Below, piece after piece: positions 56,995 to 64,000 of a DNA stretch of 64,000 nt. The DNA comes from a bacterium. GTDB lineage: Bacteria > JAAXHH01. Under the pieces are notes generated by a model. That model searched no databases. It had not been told where the DNA came from and saw only the letters and a program-made list of their open reading frames with translations. The stretch is taken from the NCBI GenBank assembly GCA_965202605.1, contig OZ241838.1, positions 528,883-592,882 on the forward strand, written 5' to 3'. The position numbers were made by a program, and so were the translations under genes. The first letter of the stretch is position 1; each line of letters starts with the position of its first letter.

Positions 56995-57024
56995 CGGCGG
57001 TCGATGCGTTTGCCGAGAATAAGC

Positions 57025-57096
57025 GCGGGAACCGGCCGCTCAGCGGGAACCGGCCGCTCAGCGGGAACCGGCCGCTCAGCGGGAACCGGCCGCTGC
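57025..57096. repeat. 18-bp tandem repeat x4 (GCGGGAACCGGCCGCTCA)
   Basis: Three exact copies plus a fourth ending in GC, between the isomerase stop and the aminotransferase start. Each junction can form a small hairpin, AGCGG-N7-CCGCT. Confidence 0.95.
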
Positions 57097-57136
57097 CGGT
57101 CCATTCGAAGGACATCTGAAAGGGATAGCCACACAA

Positions 57137-58462
57137 ATGACAACGGCACAGAAAACCTCTCCGGCGTCTGTCTATCGCAGCCGGACGCCAGCGTCCCACG
57201 AAGCGTTCAAACGCTCGGGTGAAGTCATGCCCGGCGTCGCCAAGGGCGCCTACTACTACGCGCCGTACCCGGTCACCATCGCGCGGGCCGAAGGCTGCCA
57301 CCTGTACGACGTGGACGGAAACCGGTACGTGGATTTCGCCAATCACCACACGACGCAGATCCTGGGGCACAACCATCCCGCCGTAGTCCGGGCCGTGGAG
57401 CGGCAGTTCGGGCGGGGCATCGCCGTGGCCGGCCCCATGGGAACGGAGACCGCATTGGCGGAGGCGCTGTGCCGCAGGGTGGAATCCCTCGACATGATCC
57501 GGTTCTGCAACTCCGGGACGGAGGCGACGCTGCACGCGATCCGGCTGGTCCGGGAGTACACGGGCCGGCACGTCATCGCCAAGTTCGAAGGCGGGTACCA
57601 CGGCAGCCACGACGCCGTGGAGATAAGCACTTCGCCCGACCCGGCGAAGGCGGGACCCGCGGACCGCCCGGTACCCGTGGCCAGCGCCGGGGGCATGCCC
57701 CCCAACGCCACCGACAACGTCGTCATTCTTCCCTTCGACGACGAAGCGGCCGTAGAAGCGATTATCGAGGAAAACAGGGATGAGCTGGCGGCCGTGATCC
57801 TCGATCCGAAGACGGGCGTCATCCCCCAGCGTCTGGACTTCGTGAGGGCGGTGCGCGAGATCACAGCCAAATACGGGGTGCTCCTGATCCTGGACGAAAT
57901 CGTGGGATTCCGCGCGGCACCGGGTGGTGTCCAGTCCCAGTGCGGCATCCTGCCCGACCTGAGCACCTACGGAAAGATCGTGGGCGGCGGTTTTCCCGTA
58001 GGGGCTTTCGGAGGGCGGCGGGAACTCATGTCCCTGCTGGACCCCAACCGGGGCAGGGTGCGGGTGTTCCAGAGCGGTTCTTTCAGCGCCCACCCGGTCG
58101 CCATGGCCGCGGGTCACGCCATGCTTGAAGTGCTGACGCCGGATGTATACGAACGGATGGACCGCCTCACCGATCGCCTGGTGAAAGGCCTCGAGGGCGT
58201 GTTTGCCCGCACCGGCACCGTGGCGGCCGCGGTCGCGTCCGGCTCGACGTTCAGTATCTACTTCACGCGGGGGCCGGTCAGGACCTACCGCGCCGTGGCG
58301 GCGGCGGACAAGGGTCCCGTATCCGATGTCTACCTGTCCCTGCTGAACCGGGGTTATTACCTGTCGAACGGCCTCGCCATGAACTGCCTCTCGGCGGCCA
58401 TGGACGAGTCGCATATCGACGGCCTTGTAGCGGCCATGGCCGAGGCGCTGGAAGAAAACTGA
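57137..58462 (+). CDS. class III aminotransferase (glutamate-1-semialdehyde 2,1-aminomutase-like)
   Basis: GSA-AM-like motifs FCNSGTEAT, LILDEIVGFR and the PLP-lysine context TYGKIVGGGFP. Confidence 0.9.
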   Translation: MTTAQKTSPASVYRSRTPASHEAFKRSGEVMPGVAKGAYYYAPYPVTIARAEGCHLYDVDGNRYVDFANHHTTQILGHNHPAVVRAVERQFGRGIAVAGPMGTETALAEALCRRVESLDMIRFCNSGTEATLHAIRLVREYTGRHVIAKFEGGYHGSHDAVEISTSPDPAKAGPADRPVPVASAGGMPPNATDNVVILPFDDEAAVEAIIEENRDELAAVILDPKTGVIPQRLDFVRAVREITAKYGVLLILDEIVGFRAAPGGVQSQCGILPDLSTYGKIVGGGFPVGAFGGRRELMSLLDPNRGRVRVFQSGSFSAHPVAMAAGHAMLEVLTPDVYERMDRLTDRLVKGLEGVFARTGTVAAAVASGSTFSIYFTRGPVRTYRAVAAADKGPVSDVYLSLLNRGYYLSNGLAMNCLSAAMDESHIDGLVAAMAEALEEN

Positions 58463-58535
58463 CGCCCTGGCCGGGTCCTGCCGGTCCGTCTTCACTGAAC
58501 TCCACCCAAAGACTATTCAATACAGGAACAAAACC

Positions 58536-60233
58536 ATGTCCCACGCTTTGAAGTGCGCTGCCAGGTGCGCTGCCAGGTGCGCATCCGTCATGCCGCCCGT
58601 CATGATCGGATCGGTTGCCGTCATCTTTCTGATCCCCCTGCTGATTTCGGCGCAAAGCGGAGGTTCCGAGGAATCCGCCGCCCGGCCTCTGCCCCCGGAC
58701 GCTTCCCCCCGGGATCAGCAGGTCTTCAGGTACATGAGTCCGGAACCGCGCACGCTCGATTCCGCCATAAACGACTATGACACGGAAGATACCATCATTC
58801 CCTTCGAGCCCCTGCTCCGGCGCGATCCGAACTGGAATCCCGAGCCGGCTGCCGCCGACGGCTACGAGTCATCCCCGGACGGCAAGACCTGGACCTTCCA
58901 CCTGCGCGAAGGCGCGCGGTGGAGCGACGGCCGGCCCGTCACGGCCCATGACTTCGTATATTCCTTCCGGCGCATGCTGGACCCGCAGGAGGCGAACCCG
59001 TACGGGTTCTTCTACCACGATTTCAAGAACGCAAGGCCCATCAACCGCGGAGAAATCAAGGACCTGACCCAGTTGGGCGTCCGCGCCGCCGACGATCTCA
59101 CGCTGGTCGTCGAGACGGAGAAATCGGCCCCGTACCTGCCCTATATCGTATCTTACGGGAACGCTCTGCCCGTACCCCCATGGCAGGTTGAAAAGTACGA
59201 AAGGAAATGGACCCGTCTCGAAAACATCGTCTCCAATTCGGGCTTCAAAGTGTCGGAATGGGTCACGGGCAGTCATATGACCTTCGTCCCGGACCCCATG
59301 TACAACGGTCCCCACAAGCCCTACCTGGAGAAGGTCATCCATCCCTTCCGCAACGCGGCGGTCGCCACGGTCCTCGCCTACGAAAACAACGAGGTGGACC
59401 GCGAACTCGTCGACGTGACCGACATGCCGAGAATCATGGCGGATCCCGAACTCGCGCCGGACCTGGTCAAGGTGGCGGCCAGGGCATCGTGGTATCTCTT
59501 CTTCCGCACCCGCCAGCCGCCCTTCGACGACGTACGGGTCCGGGAAGCCTTCACCCGGGCGATCGACCGGGAAGTCATCACCAGAATCCTGCTGGGCGAT
59601 ACGGCCGTGCCCGCCTATTCCATGATCCCGCCCGAATTCGCGGAATACAACGGTCCGGCCATGAAGCCCTACCAGGCCTACGATCCCGCAAGGGCCCGTG
59701 AGCTCATCCGGGAAGCCGGATATCCGCGGGGCAGAGGATTCCCCCGCCAGGAGATGTGGCTGCGGGCGCCCAATCCCACGATCAAGCGGATCAGCGAGGC
59801 CATCATGGCCATGTTGAAGGAGCACATCGGGGTCGATATCACCATCCGGAGCGCCGACCGTACCATGTATATGAACAACATGTACAACTGGCGCATGAAC
59901 CTGGGCCTGATCGTGTTCTACGCCGACTATCTCGACCCGCGCAACATGCTCGACATGATCTGGCACTCGCAGCCGCAGGGGTACGGCCGGTCGGACTGGA
60001 CGAATGCGGAATTCGACCGCCTGGTGGAGCAGGCGGCCTCGGAACTGGACAGGCAAAAGCGCCGCGCGCTATACGCGGAAGCGGAAGAGATCATGGTGGC
60101 CGACTACGCCGGCGCCTTTCTGTTCCACCCCGTGAACCTGGAGCTCAGGAAACCCTGGGTGAAGGGGATGACGGAAAATCCGGACGGCACCGTCGGGGCC
60201 ATGGACTATACGCGAGTCTACATCGCCCGTTGA
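58536..60233 (+). CDS. ABC transporter substrate-binding protein, family 5 (orphan, intact)
   Basis: Signal peptide followed by SBP_bac_5 landmarks (WSDGRPVTAHDFVYSFRRMLDP ... RKPWVKGM). No permease genes are adjacent. Confidence 0.9.
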   Translation: MSHALKCAARCAARCASVMPPVMIGSVAVIFLIPLLISAQSGGSEESAARPLPPDASPRDQQVFRYMSPEPRTLDSAINDYDTEDTIIPFEPLLRRDPNWNPEPAAADGYESSPDGKTWTFHLREGARWSDGRPVTAHDFVYSFRRMLDPQEANPYGFFYHDFKNARPINRGEIKDLTQLGVRAADDLTLVVETEKSAPYLPYIVSYGNALPVPPWQVEKYERKWTRLENIVSNSGFKVSEWVTGSHMTFVPDPMYNGPHKPYLEKVIHPFRNAAVATVLAYENNEVDRELVDVTDMPRIMADPELAPDLVKVAARASWYLFFRTRQPPFDDVRVREAFTRAIDREVITRILLGDTAVPAYSMIPPEFAEYNGPAMKPYQAYDPARARELIREAGYPRGRGFPRQEMWLRAPNPTIKRISEAIMAMLKEHIGVDITIRSADRTMYMNNMYNWRMNLGLIVFYADYLDPRNMLDMIWHSQPQGYGRSDWTNAEFDRLVEQAASELDRQKRRALYAEAEEIMVADYAGAFLFHPVNLELRKPWVKGMTENPDGTVGAMDYTRVYIAR

Positions 60234-60303
60234 CGATCTTTCGCGGGAAACACGTCTTGACGCCGTGCCGAACGTGCCATATCGCCGTCGCAGGGAAACG
60301 CAA

Positions 60304-60339
60304 AAAGCCTCCGCCTGAATCAATAACAGCGGAGGCTTT
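60304..60339. terminator. bidirectional rho-independent terminator between convergent genes
   Basis: An 11-bp perfect stem AAAGCCTCCGC / GCGGAGGCTTT with a 14-nt loop. It is followed by a T-run on the minus strand (…GGCTTTTTG) and by TTTCTGTT on the plus strand. Confidence 0.6.
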
Positions 60340-60383
60340 CTGTTGCGTTGTAATACTGCGAAATCCGTCGTTCCCGACGCTGC

Positions 60384-60977
60384 TTACCGGATCGCGTCCT
60401 TCATCTGTGCGACGATGTCTCTGATCGACTTGGCGTTCCTGGCCCGGGGGGCCAGCCTCAGGTAGTTCTCATAGGATCTGATCGCGTTGGGATAGTCTTC
60501 CCGGGTCTGGTACAGGATACCCAGGTTGTAGTGCCAGTTCGCCTTGCTGCCGTTGATCCGGATAGCCGCCTGGTATGAGCGAATGGCGTTCCTGGTGCTC
60601 TTGATCTTCCGGTAGGCGCCGCCCAGCGCGGCGTGGGCATCGGCGTACTTGGCGTCGAGTTGCGTGGCCTTCTGGTAAGATTTGATTGCGTTGGACGTCT
60701 GGCGCGCCTTTTCCTGGGACAGCCCCAGGTTGTAGAAGGCTTCCTTGTAATCTTCCTTCAACTCGACGGCCTTTTGAAAGGCAGTGATGGCGTCCGAATA
60801 CTGTCCCGCCTTGTAGTACGCGATGCCGAGATTGTAATGACGCGGGGGGTCGTCCGGCATGGCGTCGACTTTTGCCTTCGCATCCGCGATCGTCTGGGCC
60901 TGCGCCACCGGGGCGGCCATGAGCGCAGCCAGAATCGTAAAAGCGGCAAGACGGTTCAGCTTCCTGATGCGTGTCAT
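60384..60977 (-). CDS. secreted tetratricopeptide-repeat protein
   Basis: Signal peptide (AAFTILAALMAAPVAQA) followed by five consecutive 34-aa TPR units (…YNLGIAYYKAGQYSDAITAFQKAVEL…). RBS GGAGGA. Confidence 0.85.
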   Translation of the reverse strand: MTRIRKLNRLAAFTILAALMAAPVAQAQTIADAKAKVDAMPDDPPRHYNLGIAYYKAGQYSDAITAFQKAVELKEDYKEAFYNLGLSQEKARQTSNAIKSYQKATQLDAKYADAHAALGGAYRKIKSTRNAIRSYQAAIRINGSKANWHYNLGILYQTREDYPNAIRSYENYLRLAPRARNAKSIRDIVAQMKDAIR

Positions 60978-61155
60978 CCTGATTCCTCCGTTGGATAACC
61001 TGGAACAAATGGGCACTGAGTATTAGTGGACAATCGGGATTTCTAAGCGTATATTAAGTCCAGATTAAACATGATATGGTAATTTCGTGTGAAATGCAAG
61101 TCATATTCTCAACTATCCGCGGAAGACATGGAAACAGAAGATCGAGGAGCCATCG

Positions 61156-61704
61156 ATGTCACGGTACACGGTTGATGATTTTCTTGGCGATGCCCGGGAA
61201 ATCGTGCGAAAACACGGCATCGGGGACGGGCTGGAGGCGATCAGGGAAAACACCGAGCGTCTGCTCCGCCAGTCCGACTTGCTGGAAACCTACGTGGACA
61301 TGGGCGAATACAGGGGCCATACCGTGATCGGCCACGATCCCGAAACCGATATCCACGTCATCGTCCATGGCGGTCGAAAAGGCGGCACTTCCCCGCCCCA
61401 CGACCACGGCCCCTGCAGTGTGATCTATGGAAACTACACGGGCCATACGCTAATGCGCCGGTGGCGGCGGCTGGACGACGGCGGGTCCGAGGGGCAGGCC
61501 CGTCTCGAAGTGGCCAGGGAATACACCGTCGGCGCGGGTGAGGCGACCGCCTTCGCACAAGGGGATATCCACTCCATCGACTATCCCGACGGCGCTTTCT
61601 TCGTCCGGGTGACCGTGGGGGACGTGGAAAAACAGAAAACCCGCCGTTTCGATCTCGAACGGGGGATCGTGGAGATCGACGACCGGGCGGCTCGGGCGGA
61701 ATAG
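61156..61704 (+). CDS. cupin-fold protein (cysteine-dioxygenase-like)
   Basis: Metal motif PHDHGPCSVIY and a distal His in GDIHSI, on a beta-rich ORF. RBS GAGGAG. Confidence 0.6.
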   Translation: MSRYTVDDFLGDAREIVRKHGIGDGLEAIRENTERLLRQSDLLETYVDMGEYRGHTVIGHDPETDIHVIVHGGRKGGTSPPHDHGPCSVIYGNYTGHTLMRRWRRLDDGGSEGQARLEVAREYTVGAGEATAFAQGDIHSIDYPDGAFFVRVTVGDVEKQKTRRFDLERGIVEIDDRAARAE

Positions 61705-61783
61705 TGGACCACGATCCGCCGATTCACGGTCTGTACCGGAATGAAACCAGATTCGGACCACCTGTTTCAAGCGCTCCCTGCCG

Positions 61784-62737
61784 ATGTCCGTTCTTGAAAA
61801 CAGCGCGAAACGACCCCCGGTAAAACCCACCGAGATCGTTCCCCCGGACCGGCTGAGTGTGTTGCTCCGGCGACGTAACCTGCCGGGTCTTGTCTTCCTC
61901 GCGGGGCACGGGTTGGCCACGCTGCTCACCGGGTACCTGGTGTCGCTTGCCCTGGGAACATGGTGGCTGGCACCGGCTCTGCTGGCCCATGGCGCTGTCG
62001 TGGTGCACTGGTTCGCGCCCTTCCATGAATGCTCCCACGGAACGGCCTTCAGGAGCGCGGCGATGAACCGGATCGTCGGCTGGATCACCGGCACGGGGCT
62101 GTTTCTCATCCCCGCGTACTTCCGCTACGAGCACCTCGCCCATCACTCTTACACGCAGATCACGGGAGACGATCCCGAGATGATCCCCATGGCGGAACGC
62201 CTGGGAGGCTATCTCTGGTACGCGACGGGCCTTCCCTATTTCTACAGCAACCTGACCACCCTGGTTCGGATGCTATTCGGGAGGTTCAACGCGGTCGAAC
62301 GGAAGTTTCTTCCCGGGCGGGCACTTGGAAACGTGGTGATGGAGGCCTGGAGCATGGTCCTGGCGTACGGGGCGCTGGCGGCGGCGTCGATCTGGTTCGA
62401 CACGACGGCGGTGCTCCTGTACTGGCTGGCGCCCCGTTTCCTGGGCGAACCCGTCATGCGCCTCATACGCATGTCCGAGCACACGGGCTGCCCCCGGGTG
62501 CGCCATATCCTGCTCAACACGCGGACCGTGCTGACCAACCCCCTGGTCCGATGGTTGAACTGGAACAACGCGTACCACGCCGAGCACCACGCCATACCCA
62601 CCGTGCCCTTCCACGCCCTGGGCGACCTGCACCGGATCATGGGCCCCCATTTCGAAGAAGTGCGTCCGGGATACGTGAATACGCAGTTGCACCTGATGGC
62701 AAACGGAAGGAAGAACAGCGCCGCGCGGAACGACTGA
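61784..62737 (+). CDS. membrane fatty-acid-desaturase family protein
   Basis: His boxes HECSH, EHLAHH and YHAEHH, with four hydrophobic helices. Confidence 0.8.
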   Translation: MSVLENSAKRPPVKPTEIVPPDRLSVLLRRRNLPGLVFLAGHGLATLLTGYLVSLALGTWWLAPALLAHGAVVVHWFAPFHECSHGTAFRSAAMNRIVGWITGTGLFLIPAYFRYEHLAHHSYTQITGDDPEMIPMAERLGGYLWYATGLPYFYSNLTTLVRMLFGRFNAVERKFLPGRALGNVVMEAWSMVLAYGALAAASIWFDTTAVLLYWLAPRFLGEPVMRLIRMSEHTGCPRVRHILLNTRTVLTNPLVRWLNWNNAYHAEHHAIPTVPFHALGDLHRIMGPHFEEVRPGYVNTQLHLMANGRKNSAARND

Positions 62738-62750
62738 CCGGCGTTCGGTC

Positions 62751-63140
62751 TCAGGCGGTATCCTGTGCGTCGTCCCTGGGGGGCACGACGCACAGGAACC
62801 CGAGCGGTTCCTCGCCGACGCTCTCGAACTGGTGCTGTTCGTTGGGGGCGATGTATACCACGTCGCCCGGTCCGACGTCGTGCACGTCCCACCCGATGAG
62901 GACCTTCGCCCGGCCCCGCAGTATGTAGATACCGTGGTCGTGGGGGTGGCGGTCGAAGGAGGACTGGCCGCCCGGCTCGATTTCGAAGTAGCGCATGGAG
63001 AAATTGCCGGCGCCGTCGTCGGGACCGATCACCACCCGGACCGACCCGCCTACGGCGCCGCCCTTGGTGTAGGGCACCATCTCCACGTCCGACCAGTCGT
63101 TTGCGCCATTCTGGCCGCGGTGTTTGTGTACTACGCCCAT
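62751..63140 (-). CDS. cupin domain protein
   Basis: 129 aa with the cupin motifs SFDRHPHDHGIYILRG and GDVVYIAPNEQHQF. Confidence 0.75.
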   Translation of the reverse strand: MGVVHKHRGQNGANDWSDVEMVPYTKGGAVGGSVRVVIGPDDGAGNFSMRYFEIEPGGQSSFDRHPHDHGIYILRGRAKVLIGWDVHDVGPGDVVYIAPNEQHQFESVGEEPLGFLCVVPPRDDAQDTA

Positions 63141-63148
63141 GGCAAGCC

Positions 63149-63259
63149 TTTCGTAGCGACCTCCGCTTCACGCGTCCGCATCCGTTTTCGTAGCGACCTC
63201 CGCTTCACGCGTCCGCATCCGTTTTCGCGGCGACCTACGCTTCACCCGGCGACACCCGC
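63149..63259. repeat. 37-bp tandem repeat x3 (two exact copies, the third degenerate)
   Basis: TTTCGTAGCGACCTCCGCTTCACGCGTCCGCATCCGT occurs at 63149 and 63186. A diverged copy starts near 63223. Confidence 0.9.
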
Positions 63260-63279
63260 TTCACGCTTGAGATAAAGGA

Positions 63280-64000
63280 TTACATGAAGTTGCGCACGCC
63301 GCTGCCATGCAGTTCCGATATGCGTTCGGCGTCCGGGCGGTCGAATCCGATGGACACGAGTTCGCGCACGCGCTTCCGGTGCATTTCTTCATAAAGACCC
63401 ATCACCGCGTCCCGGCCCCGGGCCAGTTGCTCCGGATGCGATCCGCCGCCGGCCAGCGTCATCATGGCCTTCAGCACGAAGGGACTGGAACCCGAGGCCT
63501 GCTGCAGGAACAGGGTCCGTTCCTCGGCCGCCCGCATCAGGTCGTCCTTTATCGATGGATCCTGTTCGATGTGATAGGCGAAATGGGATATGCCGTACCC
63601 CACGTGCCGGCCCTCGTCCTGGCGCGCCAGCTTGAAGGTCCGGGCGGTCACCGGATCGGGCGCGACCTGCTCCAGGAACATCAGGAGTTCCATGAAGGTC
63701 CCCTCGCCCAGGACGTGCATCAGGAAGGAACCGTTCGAATAGTCGTCCTGCGCAAGCAGGCTGCGCAGGGACCACTCCGTCGCGGCGGAGACGTACTGCA
63801 GGCCGCCGCCGTTGGCGAGGGCCCGCTTGGTGAAGACCTCCGCGTGCCTGGCCTCGTCCATGACCTGCGTGGCCAGGAAGAGGACCACTTCGGAAAACTG
63901 GGGGTCGATCCGGTTCATGAACTTGGCCGGCAGGTACATGGCCAGGTATTCGTTCTGTATCAGGAAGGTCAGGACCTGGCACACGGCCTGCTCCAGGTCG
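63280..64000 (-). CDS. ferritin-like di-iron oxygenase (AurF-like), 5' end outside the window
   Basis: Two E-x-x-H motifs (DEARHAEVF and QDEGRHVGYG) in an all-helical ORF that stays open to the window edge. Stop TAA at 63280-63282. Confidence 0.6.
   Translation of the reverse strand, partial: DLEQAVCQVLTFLIQNEYLAMYLPAKFMNRIDPQFSEVVLFLATQVMDEARHAEVFTKRALANGGGLQYVSAATEWSLRSLLAQDDYSNGSFLMHVLGEGTFMELLMFLEQVAPDPVTARTFKLARQDEGRHVGYGISHFAYHIEQDPSIKDDLMRAAEERTLFLQQASGSSPFVLKAMMTLAGGGSHPEQLARGRDAVMGLYEEMHRKRVRELVSIGFDRPDAERISELHGSGVRNFM

Noticed and set aside
56622-57119. ORF that would translate the 18-bp repeat as (GNRPLS)4.
   Set aside because: Most of this ORF overlaps the well-supported TIM-barrel gene in another frame. 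Its translation is Arg/Gly/Pro-rich, so the repeat is better explained as non-coding.

Overview
High-GC bacterial chromosomal segment (no taxon assigned) with about 60 protein genes and one tRNA-Trp. I see no rRNA, CRISPR array, transposase, integrase or phage structural genes. Most of the content is transport and catabolism. A five-gene Opp/Dpp-type peptide ABC operon (275-6635) is joined by two extra family-5 binding-protein genes, one of them decayed. Several families occur as paralogs: four enolase-superfamily (mandelate racemase/muconate lactonizing) genes, two PhyH dioxygenases, two Gfo/Idh/MocA oxidoreductases, two NHL propellers and two membrane desaturases. Other enzymes include a sulfatase, aldo-keto reductase, SDR, epimerase, CoA-transferase, arginase-family enzyme and PLP enzymes. 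Housekeeping genes are scattered through the window (lepB, heme A synthase, CoxIII-like, BI-1, an M1 aminopeptidase). The clearest accessory region is a visibly lower-GC insert at about 33.9-37.3 kb. It holds an AAA_21/COG4637-like ATPase, a truncated stub of its usual small DUF4276-like partner, and a convergent 538-aa Fic protein carrying extra N- and C-terminal domains. I rate this the best candidate for a conflict or defence locus. Other notable items: (1) a six-unit 20/21-bp direct-repeat array, organised as 2 x 61 bp, immediately upstream of a PhyH gene; (2) a lipoprotein that joins a 16-triplet collagen-like GXY stalk to a trypsin-like protease carrying a poly-Glu insertion; (3) a binding-protein gene with a large internal deletion plus frameshift; (4) a perfect 20-bp tandem duplication that creates the stop codon of the large NHL gene; (5) several GC-rich intergenic tandem repeats. 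All functional calls come from motif recognition by eye, with no database search.
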